The notes under the pieces were generated by a model that worked only from the letters and a program-made list of their open reading frames with translations, made no database searches and was not told the origin of the DNA. 64,000 bases of DNA, from positions 1,612,001 through 1,676,000 of the forward strand of contig LSRY02000006.1 of the NCBI GenBank assembly GCA_001643675.2, in the 5' to 3' direction. The translations under genes and the position numbers were made by a program. This DNA is from Monocercomonoides exilis PA203 (taxonomy: Eukaryota > Protista > Preaxostyla). Below are positions 46,131-58,600 of the stretch, one piece after another. The stretch's first letter is position 1. Each line of letters starts with the position of its first letter.

Positions 46131-49100
46131 TTAACTTTTGGTTTTCACTTTTTTTGTGAAGTGATATTTTGACTTATTTGAAGCCTTCTTCTTTTTTGCA
46201 AACGGGACGCTTTCGCTCGAAGATTCCTGAGCGTTTTTAATATCTTCTGTTGATTCAAATTCGTCAAGATTGTTTATATCAACATCAACCAAATCATCTT
46301 GGCTCAATTCAATTGATGTCTTTGCTGCTTCTAATTCTGCTTGTGCTTCGTTTCTCTCTTTCCAGAAAATCTGAGACGGAGATAAAGGCAAAGTCTTTTC
46401 TGAGGGCTTTGTTTTCGGGTTGAGCAGATGTTGTGTCAGTTGGGCAACATTGGATGAAGTGTGATGCTATGAAAAGTATAATCGCGGATTTTATTGATTC
46501 AAAATCGAGAAAGGATATTCACAAAATAAAAAAAAAATTTATAATAATATTAATAATAATAAAATAAATTTAACTTACAAATATTTTAATGACTCAAACA
46601 AACCAGAAGTAAAGCAACTTCCCAAAGATGAGCTCCTTCTGCTCCGCAAAAGTCTGGATCGTCCACATCAGCTCTGAACGGTACGCACAAAATCTCATCA
46701 GTCAGCATCGTTGCAGCAGATGGAACAAGCTAATGAAGATTGACGGAAGAGAGAAAAAGAGAAATCAAATAATAATAATAATAAACGATTATTATTTCGA
46801 GTATTCACAATCTGGAAGTTTAATTTGGAAAAAAGGCTACCAATAAATTTATTTTTTCAGAAATAATAGACATTTCATTCATCAAATCATCCGCCATACA
46901 TTAAACAGTCTTCTGACAGCCTGAACGGCAGCAGCAGCTTCAAAGCGGGGCAAGTTGAGTGCAGCCGAAAGAAGCCTCTTTGCAAATGCCTTCACCCTCA
47001 CCACAGACACAGAGCGACATCTGACACAGAGAATGTCCAAGCACCTGATCATTGCGAGTGACGCAGCAGACGGCTGGAGAAGGTCCGCCTGCGCAGCTGC
47101 CTCGTCAGAAGAGGCTACGCCTGAGAGTGCATCGCCCTTCAGCCCCAGCCACACGGCGCCTGTCTGCTCGTGCCACAGCGGGAGGAGGCGGTACATGGCG
47201 CGGTAGAGCGAACGGGCATCGATTTGGAGGGTGTCTGCGTGCAGCGAGAGGATCTCCAGACAGGACGCCACAAGAGACAGCGTCGTCTCAAACGACAAGT
47301 GCTTCTTGCTCCTTTTCTCGGGGATTATGCACGGCATACTCGAAAAGGCAGAGGCATAGCCAGCTTTTTTCTGCGGGTTTGGCTTGTTCTTTTTGCTCTT
47401 TCCAGAGCTGTCTTTGCTATTTTCTGACTGCGGCTGGCTCAAATTCTCTTCGAGATCTTCGCTGTCAAAGGCAACAATATGCCCACGAGGCTGATGAAGA
47501 GTAACAAGTGGCACATGAAGAATTGATGGAGTCGAAGTGAGAAGAGGCTTCACAATATCGCCTTTTCCATACTCCTCTTCAGCAGACTTCTTTCTAAGCT
47601 GCTTTTCATGCTGTTTGTCTTTGCTTTCTCTTTCTTTCTCTCTCTCTTTTTCTTTTTCTTTCTCGAAGTTTGCTTCATCTTCGTCTTCATCGTCGCCTGG
47701 ATTGGCTTCGTCGTCCAGCAAATCACGCACTCGCAAAACAAGATCTGACACCAACTCAATGTTCAGATGAGGAGAAATTCTGATTTACATTAAAAAAAAA
47801 AATCACATACAACGCATGATAGAAGAAAAAACAATTAGAGAAAGAAATTAAATTTGGCAAAAAGATATTTGAAAAAAAGAAGATTTTTAGTAAAATAAAA
47901 CAAATTGAGCGTAAATGATACATCACAAAAAAATTTCACTTCTTTTTTTCTCATAAGCACAATTTGATGAAACATTTAACATTCATTCATAGTTCAAAAT
48001 GTCAAAGGATGCAAAGTCCTTTTCTCGTTGCATACTTTGCAAGACCAGTCAATGCTGGCACCAGCAATGATGGAACACCTGAATCCAACGCAAATGTCAA
48101 AATTCGAACGATTGCCCTGAGCAACGTAGTTGTAACACGTGCTTTCTCTTCAATAGACGATGCAATCTGCCCTTCAGCCAGATCTCTCGAAAGATCATGT
48201 GTCATTTTCTCTTCCAGTCTTTCCATTCCTTCTTCTGCTCCTCCGCTTCCTCGATCGTTTTCTTGCTCATTTTCCTTTCCTCTGGAGAGATTACGCTTTC
48301 GTTTGTCCAACTTCACCTTCACAGGCTGCTCAACTCTTCCTTTCGCATGTTTAGGTGTATTTTTTATTCTTATCGAAGATAACACCGAGAAAAACTAAAA
48401 TGAATTTAAACGAATAAAATAATTGAATATTAAAAAGGAATAAATGCGCAATGACAAAAAAATAATAAAGTTGAATTTCATTGCAATGTATTCTCAAAAG
48501 AAGAGAAAATACCTCTTCTGGTACAGTTTTCTTTTTTATTTGCTTTTCGAGGAATCTTGACATAAACTCAACAACTGCAAGAGTTGCATATTGCTCAACG
48601 TCTGTTGTAAATAATTGCCTTAAATGATCTGTAACGATAGATGTCTTTTAAGAGAAAATAATTTAATTTAACTTTAATCCATATATATTGCATACCAGTT
48701 CAGACCGACAAATCAGAGGGATCACAACTTTGATCAAGTTAAGAAAGTAATTGAAATGAGGATGCGTAGAAAGGAGTGTACATAGAGCAACAGCAGCTGG
48801 CTTCACAAGTCCACTTGCTGGTAAAAAAAAATTGAAAAATGAAAGTTAATTAACGTGACACACTTGTCAAGGAAGATTCCAAAAACTTTAAATAGTGTTG
48901 ATAATACATAAGAAGTTTAAGTTCATAATCTCGAAGTTGTTTTACACCAGCGCTTAACTATGTTAACGTAAAGAGAAGCATAAATATCATGCCTCGGCAA
49001 AAATGAGAAGAATTACCAAACTTGAACTTTTGTTTCATCTTCGCTTTCTTGTCTGATTCTATAACCAGGTATAATATCTACAAAAACTAGAAGCTCAGCT

Positions 49101-49324
49101 CCAAGTGCAAGCTTTACAACATCAACATTTGGATGTGTGCAAAACTCGTGAATATCTTCCAATAAATCAATCTTAATTAAAAAATTGAATTCTTGCATAA
49201 ATTCAAAAATAATTCTGGACATTACCTGAAATTCTGGTTGAACTTGTATTTGTATAGCAAGCTCGGATATCCTCTCTTTTGCTTGATCAATATTCAGCGA
49301 ATGAATGTGGGTAGATTTGGACAT
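46131..49324 (-). CDS. NOC3: Nucleolar complex protein 3 (CBF/Mak21 family), multi-exon
   Basis: Exons give AKERISELA..QPE, LALGAELLVFVDIIPGYRIR, VKQLRDYELKLLMYYQHYL, LCTLLSTHPHFNY, PALTGLAK|ISPHLNIE, FETTLSLVASCLEIL and RVKAFAKRLL. Confidence 0.85.
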
Positions 49325-49539
49325 GTGAATTCTTGTTACTGTTGTGGGACAAGATCCATAATGGAAAATTGATATAAGTATCTTAAAGAGTGAAAATAGT
49401 ACCAGATGTTAACACAAGATGATTAAAAAATATTTTTACATGCATAAGAAAAAATAAAATAACAACAAAAAATGTGACATGAAAGAAGTTTAGCTTGAAA
49501 GAGATTAAATAATGTGTTGATAAGTTTATAAAAGAGGCG

Positions 49540-52513
49540 TTACTCATATTCATCCGAGAATTGTTGGTAAAGAGCTTCAATTTCATCTGCCAACACCCGC
49601 ACACACTATCAAATATAGAGATTCATTAAACATCAAATATTAGAAATATTCAGTTTATAAAAAAAATGCTTTAGAGATTGTGAGATAACAATAACAAACC
49701 TCTGTAAATGTTATAAGTTTTGAGGAATAAGGATCAGCACGATCGAGAAGGGCCTCAATCTCCTTCTCATCAACTTCTTGGTCGCAGTCTTTCTTCATCT
49801 GCACAACAAGTTGAATAAATCCATCTTCTGCTATACGGCCAGTTGAATAGCCATTGCCACTGGCTGCATTTTTCGAGCAAGTCGAAGTCAATTTTTGTGT
49901 GTTGACAGAAAACGATGCCGGCAACTTCTCTTTCATGGCATCTGACTGTGCCTGTGCTTCGTTTCCGGTGCAGCCATCTTTGGAATTGTCCATAGGCGTC
50001 TTTTCTGTGCAGCTATCACCCATCGTCAATTCATTCTCCATTGCAGAAGATGGAAGTTCATCTTCCTTCAGACAGAACTCTCGGAAGAGACGACGGAAAG
50101 GGCCTAAATAAGCAACATGCCGCTCAAGTTGGAAATCTTGAAGAATCTGTAAAACAAGAATCGCAGAGTAGAAAACAATGTATTTATGAAAAAACAAAAA
50201 CATTATGAAATGATATCCGATAAGTTAATAGAAAAGATAAATAAATGAAGAAAAAAATAGAAATAATCATCAAACTTTTAATAATGTGTTGTATCTGATC
50301 ATTGGCGTTTCTCGGATCCTTTTAGCAGCTCTTGGAGTCTGTGTCTTTTCTTCTCTTTTTGAGTGCTCTTCTTCGCTTCTCAACTTCTCCTCTTCAATCC
50401 CTTTCTCAATCAAAGACACAACTGCTTCGGCATCTTGTTTTTCATACATGAACTCCAAGGCCGAGCGCCAGGCAAGAGACGAAATCTTCCCGTTTTCTGT
50501 CAAAATCTTGTTCTTCCGCTCAATTATTGTACTTTCTCTTTCGCCTGGATTCGCTCCCCGCAGCTCAGCGTGGATGAAGTTGTCGAGCGTCTCCTTCACC
50601 TGCCTCTCCACAAAACGGAAGTCCTCGTCGATTTCATTCATCAGCGTGTGTGTGAAGACGCATGCTGCGTTGCTTGTCTTTCTGTAGTGCTGCGTGGAAA
50701 GCAGCAGCGAATTCTTCATTTCGTCGACAATTGAGCGTAGACCGTATTTTGTGGCCAAATAAGTCTGCAGATATTCATCCATCGTCTGCTTCGGTAAGTG
50801 CTGTGCCTCGCATCGTTGGTCAAATTTCTGCAAAGTCAATTTGCAGGACAAGTGAAATGGAAGGAATGTCAAATAAAAAGAAGAAGAAAAAGGCGAAGAA
50901 ATATTGTCATGAATTAAGAAATATAAAGGATAAGGAGAAAGAAGCACATGGCAAAAAAGTGTTTAAAAATAAGGAAAGCAAAGAGTAAAGATAGTTACAA
51001 AGAGAAAATAAATTTGAGCATAAAGAAAAAGCAAAACCATTTTTGTTTTGTAAATGTCTTCAATGGTTTCTTCCAAAACACGCAAAGGCATAATTCGGAT
51101 GTTCTGTATTTCATTTTGTATGTCTGATGAATGCTGTTCAGAAAGAGAAGAGGCGTTTAAAGTGCGAGACAGAATTTTAGCTGAAGTTTTTGGAGTTGAA
51201 GAATGTCGTGCCTGTGTTGAAGGTGTTGAAGCAGATAAAGGAGAAGCATTTGAAGGAGAGGAGGTAGTGGTGGAGGTGGAAGAAGAAGAAGAAGAAGAAG
51301 AAGAAGAGGAAGATGATGTTGATGATGATGATGAGAAGGAGGAGGGAGATGATGATGTTGATGAATTGCTTGAAGCTTTTTCAAAAGGCTTTATCTTTCG
51401 TACAATTCTTCCTTCATCTTTGTCCGTTCCATACAATTTCTCGATTTCTGCCTTTCGATTCAGCAATTCTTCATTTTCTTTCAGAAGCCGCTTTAATTCA
51501 TCCTCATCCTACAGATAGAGAGCAAATGTTTAAATATAAATTATTAAGAAGTTGGTTGATAAATTAATTTCAATCACTTTTAAAAAGGGATAATAACCTG
51601 TCTATTGCTTGAAGCCCTGCTAATTTTTCGATTTTCAAACCCTTCGTTTTTTGAAGAAAAACGCTCTTTTAAACATTCAATTACAAAAGAGTAATACAAA
51701 TACAATAATTACATATTTTATTAAAAAAATAATTCGCAGCAAACTATTTGTTGCCTCAATAATAATTTCGCCCAATAATGATCCTTTTTCTTTCGATGAT
51801 TGAGAAAGAGAAACAAGAAGCTCTGCAGCTTTTGCGCTAATGTTATCCGCAATTGGCGCAACTAATAAATCTTCCTGAATCTCTGATAATTCGTGAAGTG
51901 CTAAGGCTTTTAACACAGGAGCAGCTTTTTGATTTGTTGCTAATGAAAAATATTCAATTTTTAAAATCAATGACTTCTTATGCACAAACATGAAGCAATT
52001 CTATTCCACCGTTCAGCTGCTTCTTTAGCTGCCTGGCGGAATTGCTGAATCAAAGCAGACTTTTTTGCAGCAACAGTTTCAGAAGCTGCAGATAAAGATG
52101 ATTCAAAATTCTTTTGACACACTAAATTATCGGGCAGGTACATGTTTATTAAAAAAGCATTTAAACATAATTGCTAAGTAAATGTATTGCATACGTTTAA
52201 TCTCTTCATTGCTTAAAATTAAACCAGATTTATTCTCAGCACTTTGAACTTCATCAATAATGACAGATTCAAGACCATCTTCCAAAAGTTGTTGTCGAAT
52301 AGTTGGAACATCAACTAAAGGATTGCCCGATAAATTGATCTCTTTTAGAGAAGGTACGCAGTTTAAACGTGGAATTGTCTTTAATTTGTTGTTTGACACA
52401 TCAAGAGAATGAAGATGCTGAAGCTTTGCAAATTGCTCCAGACGAGGCTCTAAAGATTCAATTTCTTGCCCAGATAAATTAAGATGAGTGATTTGTGCGT
52501 CTTCCTGGGTCAT
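49540..52513 (-). CDS. LRR + coiled-coil + TSNAXIP1-like/EF-hand protein (probably flagellar), multi-exon
   Basis: N-terminal LRRs (LNLSGQEI, LDVSNNKL, INLSGNPL) and a coiled coil. Conserved-looking block IEDIYKTK|KFDQRCE..TMDEYLQTYLATKYGLRSIV..NEIDEDFRFV, then LQDFQLERH..FRRLF and ADPYSSKLITFTE|CV; TAA at 49542-49540. Confidence 0.65.
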
Positions 52514-52637
52514 AAATGTTGAACTTAAAAAGGATCCAATTTGCCATAAGCAGTTTCGCACGATCACATACCACAACCAGTAAAAATTTCTTTAGTAAAT
52601 TTTAAAATTTCCATCAAGCTGCAATAAATTACGCTAT
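52514..52637. promoter_or_regulatory. Probable bidirectional promoter
   Basis: Only 124 bp separate the divergent ATGs at 52513 (-) and 52638 (+). Confidence 0.5.
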
Positions 52638-55600
52638 ATGAATGAAACTACAGAATCACAACAAATGCTACTTGATATGCCACTTGGTGACTTTCTTCAA
52701 TTTGACAAATTGCAAGAGGTGCAACAGTATTTTTATCAACATGGAAATTCTCAACGCGAGTTGACAGAAGAACAAGTATGCAATTTTGAACGAATACGTT
52801 TTTATTATGAGTATTTAATTCAATTTTTGTTTTGAAATTATTCTTTTCCGATTTAAAAAAAGTTTATTGAATGCTTTCGGACAGTTTTACCTGATTTAGA
52901 AATAAATGAGAGGGCTTTGAAAATGATTTTTCGAAAAATCGATGCAAACAGTATTGGTAGAAGTGTGCTTATTTTTTTAAAAAATTTTTACATGCAATTT
53001 TGATTCTTAAATCAATTATAGTTCCTTGGGCAGAATTTTCAATGTTTTTTTTACAGCAATCAATGGTTGCTTCTGTTAGTGATTCAAATATTGTCTGCCT
53101 TCATTATGTTTATTTTGAATACGAATTTAGTGTTTTTTTTTTTTTTTTTTTTTTTTTTTGAAAAGGATCCTTTATACGCTCCAGTTGAAGTGTCTGTTTC
53201 CGTTCATGACGATAGCGCTTTGCGTGCATACCATCATCTTCAAATCACAACTTTCATTCACATTCCACGTTACGGAATGTTTTTTACGGGGAGGTTTCTG
53301 ACTTTTCAGTGATAAATTATTTTTGTTTAATGATTTTTTAATTTTTTTAACTTCACGCAATAGTAATGATGGGCAAATCAAGAGTTGGGAAGAAACATTA
53401 AGTTCCTTGCCACTTGGCACAACAGATCACACGAATGCCGTTCTGTCATTTATGGGAGTTGAGAGGACAGACGTGATGAACAAAGTTCGCACCCAGGAAG
53501 CAGAAATATTTGACCTGCAAAACAAATCAGGAATGTCCACTCAACAGTTCAATTCTCCTCGCTCTCCGCAGGAAATGACTCGACTCATTTCCATCAGAAA
53601 CACAAAATCTCCACTTTCATCAAAGTCAGTTATGCTGAAATCAACAAATCCTGCAAAATCTGCAACTCCGTCAACATCAGGAGCATTAAGCTCGCCTGCA
53701 TCATCTCCTCTTTCATCGCCTCACCGTAGCGAATTTCCAGCATCTTCTTCTCCTTCGAGCTCTCCCGTGTCCTTTAAGGATTCCTCTTTTTCTCCATCTG
53801 CATCTTCAGAAGCTTCACAAACACCCACCCCTTCATCTCCCTCATATCAGTCTTCCCTCTCTCATTTCCCCTCCTCCAACGGATCTTCCCTTTCGACCTC
53901 TGAAACCATAGCGCGGGCAGCAAACGACGTGACCTTCGCCCTCTCAATGAAAGCGAGGAGCCTTGCATACAAGCACTACAGCAACGCCCGCACTCGGAGC
54001 TCGTCGGCCGACGCCACACGAATGTTTTTCCCGATGGGAAACACAGCTGTGCAGTCGTCTCTGAAGGCCTTTGTGAACGGAGAGGACCTTCCTGATCCAG
54101 ACGAAGGGTGGGGCGGCGCATTCACCGAGCGCAACAAAGTGAAGATAAAGTCAGCGGTGTCTCCGATGGCACGGGCACTCAAACAAGGAGGCAAATCTCC
54201 GAATGATACGCAGCTCCGATCAAAGACGCCAACGAAGACAAAAAGGGGGACTGTTCCTTCTCCGCTCTCCTCGCTTTCATCGACATTTCGGAGCACTTCA
54301 TCATCGACAACATCGTTTGACAGAGAACGAAGTGCGACAATTGCAGTTGATAGCTTTGACGAAGGAGAGAGAAGTCTTCGCGAAGGCACGTTGAACACTT
54401 TGATGGGAGATGAAGCCTTTGACCTGATGGAAAGCGGAGAGGAAGAGCGGTCTGAGCGGAAGAGCAGAGGCGAAGAAGGAGGAGATAGCGGGGCACTTAG
54501 GCAGGAGGAAATAGACAATCCAGAGATTCTTGCAGAACTTGCGCGGCAGAATGAGCTTCTGGACGGTGGAAGGAGTGGGCGCCTGGCAACAGGGAGCGAC
54601 ATGTTTCTGCTAAGGCGGAAGCAGAAGAATAGGAAGTGGGGGCAGACACAGCCGCACAGCGTGCAAGTTGTCGAGAAGAAGAAGCCCATCCCGATTGTGT
54701 GTATGTGCTATCTCCCATACTCCCAGCTCATTGCTGTGTGCAGCGCAGACAGACGTGTCACTTTTTATCCACCGGGTGTTGGCGAAATGCGACCGAAAGG
54801 GCAGATCAAATCGGTGACAGCACTGCCAACATCCTGCTGCGGCATCCATCCTGACTGCACGAAATCTAAAAGGGAGCTTCTTGTGCTGGGAAAAGACGAC
54901 GGGTCGCTTGATGTGATTGTCATTACACCAGAACTGGTGAACTCGGCATTCGACATCCGGATAGAACGAGGCAAACAGGAGCTTGACAAGTTTCTGGGTG
55001 TCAAGACAGAAATGCGCCTTGATCTCCAGACACCAAAGCACGAAGCAGCAGACACATCTCCTCTGCTGTTAGACCTCGCCTCCACCACACGCGCATCCAC
55101 GTCTGCTTCAAGCACACGCCGCCTGTCTTCTTCTGCTTCAACATATCGCTCTGGATTCGGAGGAGGTGCTGGAACTGGAGCAAGCAACACACCCACACGG
55201 CTCAGTCGTGCTTCTTCGATTGCCTCCTCTCCTCAGACACACCGCCACACCTTTTCAGATCCATTTCACTCTTCTGCTTCAGCCAGCCGCTCTCCGCTTT
55301 CCACTCTTTCTCGCACAGAATCTGATGCTCAGGTATTTGGCGACGGTTCGACTTCATCTTCACCAAAGATGGGTCCATCTACTACGTCTTTTCCATCCTC
55401 TCCAAAATCACCATTGATTTCAGCAACTTCCTCTTCTCTCTTGTCTGTCACACCTGTGCTGGGAAGATCCAACAGACGGTTCAGCACACATGATGCGCAA
55501 TCTCCATTGAGTATGTATGCAGCTGCAGAAGGATCATCGCAATCACCTTCGCCTTTTTGTGCCACGCCTCGTAATTCTTCTCCCATTGCAACGCCTTTCA

Positions 55601-58600
55601 TATCGCCTTTGACTTCATCATCATCATCACTGGCAGCAACGCCACTTTTACCAGAGGGGGAATACAGCGAAGAGCAGGATGACTCTGCAGATGAGCTGAT
55701 GGAGCAGCTGAGAAAAGGCGAAGCAATCAACCCAGTTGAATCATCTGGCATGAAAATCCCATTTGCTTCACTGACATCGGCATCATCGTCAGCATGCCAG
55801 ACAGAGCGCAAGATGCTGAACCAGAAGAAAAAGAAAGGCCATCGCTCGGTTCATTCGAATCAGTCGTTGCACTCGTCGTCGAGATCGTCTTCGAATGAGC
55901 GTGCCATTTGGGGAGGGCAAAGCAGCCAGGCATCTTTGGGAACAGAAAATGAATCAACAACCAGCAAATCAAACACGAAGGAATCAGTTGATGAGTTCGA
56001 CCTCAACAGTTCTGGAAAGGATAAGCCAGTTAGTGCCCCGCTGTGGAAGGTAAGCAGCCCTCATGAGAAGATGAGGCACATGACATCAACTGCTAACATT
56101 CCTATATTGAAAGCGAAAGGAATTGGAGGTTCGCTTTTCGGTGATTCTTCGTTAGGTATCGAATCAATTCTGACAGGAGATAACTTTGGTGTTGAAACAG
56201 AAGGAGACATGAAGCTTGTGGAAGAAGAGCAGAAAATCGGAGTGCTTGACTCTCTGAAGAGTGAAGCCGGAAATGCCCCGCCTGGACTTATTGAAAGTGG
56301 CAGCAAGCTGAATCTGGAGGATCCATTCCAGTCACCCACATTTTCATCTGCTGACAATTCTTATTTAGCAACAACAAGAAGAGTGCATGCGGAAACTTTG
56401 CCTGATATTCGAGAAGTTACTCAGATGCACCGCAAAACTATGCACCGACCTTCCACGGGTGGCAAGTCAATCATCCGCGGTGGTCTTATTTCGATGCCGT
56501 CTGGGCAGTCAATCGTCAACCTAAATGACTCGTCGCAGGCATCACCGCTGATGAGAATAAAACCGCACAGATTCAAACATAGACAGAATGTGAATACCAG
56601 TCCAAGACTGGGAAATGTGAAAAGAAGCCCTCTTAGCAGAACAAGAAACGATAACAGTCCTCTTTCTGATACTCTGAACTCGTCATCGTCGATGTCGGGA
56701 TATCGCAGAGCAAAAGTTCCATCGCTGAAGCTGAAGTTTCCCTCGGCCAATGAGCCAATTGCAGAAGAGGATGGAAGCAGCAACTCTGTTGATTATGATG
56801 AAGAAAAGGAAAGCCATTGGCGTGAGAAAGGATATTCCAGCAAAGCGTTAAATGAGGAGCAATATGAACTGGATGAGCAAGATGGTGACGAAGAATTCGA
56901 ATCGAATGAAGAAGAATACGAAGAGGAAGAAGACGTAGATTCTTCCGAACAGAACACTTCAGCCGATCGAAAGCAGCGCAGCCAGACAGCAGACAGCAAT
57001 TCTGGGAGCCGCAATGCATCTGCAGCATCTCCTGCGCGAACAAAGCGCCAAGGCTCAGAGACACAGCGAGGGTACATGACATCACGCGATCCGTCTCTGA
57101 CTGATGAGCATACATACGAATATCCTCATCTCAGCGGTATGAACCTCTCTGTGAAGAAAACGAACAAAGTGATACTGAAAACACTCAGATCGATGGTTAA
57201 TCCGAAGCTTCCTGCGGTGAGCGATGCATCAGAACCTGTTCTTCGTGCAAGAGAAGGGCTGTGGAGTTGTCAGGCACACAACAGCAATATTGTCCAAGTG
57301 GAGTATATTTCTGAACTACAAGGGATTGTAACAGCGTCTTTGGATTCAACGATGAAGCTGTTTGACATCGATCGTCTGAAGGAATTGACTGTGTTTCGAT
57401 CACACACAAAGGGTGTTCGCTGCTTCTTCTGGTCTAAAAGGCACAAAGTGTTGATCAGCGGTTCGATGGACCACACAGTTGCCATTTGGAATCCCATCGC
57501 GAAAAAGCTTCTCGGAAGGCTGGTTGGCCATGCTGCTCCAGTCATCAGCGTCGCAATGGACGATGGCCTCAAAGACGCCTCTGCAACAACGTATGCTGCA
57601 AACATCATTCCATCTCCACCTTCTACTCCTTCTCAAAAGGCATCAAAGGAAGACTCTCCGTTTTCTGAAAGCGCTGATGCGCTCTCCACAGATGCCGGAA
57701 CAGGAATTGCATCTGACTCAACACAGGTTTCGCCAGAAGCTGCCAAATCTGGAAAGCCTGTGAAAATTGCGGCAACAGGGCGGATATTGTCGCTTGGAAT
57801 GGATGGGTGCATCAGAATTTGGGACTACCAGTCTCAGAGATGCCTGCAGGTTGTTGCCAGTGTTGATCCTCTTAATCTCACCCGGTTTGGCTCTCTGTCG
57901 TTCAATCCCAGAAATGGACTTGTTATTCTGGGAAGCAAACGACTTGTTGGCTGGAAGCATGTTGCACGAAGCGAAAAGAACTCAATCGCACACCGCTCTG
58001 ATGTCGAGATGCTGCTGTACAACAAAGCATTTGAGCAGCTGATTAGCATCGATCTGAACAACGTTATCAACATATGGACAGCCAGAACAGGACGCAATGA
58101 ATTTCGCTTTCGTGCAGACCACAGCGACAGCATCACAGCTGCCTGTTTAGACAACACTGGCCGCAAGCTGGTGACTGGATCGCTGGACGGATTCATCAAA
58201 GTTTGGAATCCGAATCGGGGGCTTCTCCTCAAAATGTACAAGTCGAATGGGCAGCGCATACACGTCTCAGCAGCAATTGCTTCTGCATCGTCTCGTGCTG
58301 GTTTGAGTGACAATGATTTGAATTTTTCAGATCTTCATGCTTCTCAAACAAACAAAGAGAAAGGAAAGGAAAAAGAAAAAGCTGACACTGGAAAGGATTC
58401 TGATGGAAAGTCGCTTCCTCCTCTTTCACTTGGTTCTGTGTCTTCTGGAATCGGTGGAACAATGTCGTTTGGCAGTTCTTCCTCGTCTTCATCGTTTGAA
58501 TATCCAGAAGCGGGAGCTGTGCATCATCTGTGCTATTGCTCCTCTTCTTCCACACCTAACATTATTGTGGCAGTCGGATCAAGAAAAACAATCTATGCAT

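Noticed and set aside
46882-49324. Fragmented ORFs as pseudogenes or separate genes
   Set aside because: They join through canonical GT-AG introns into NOC3.
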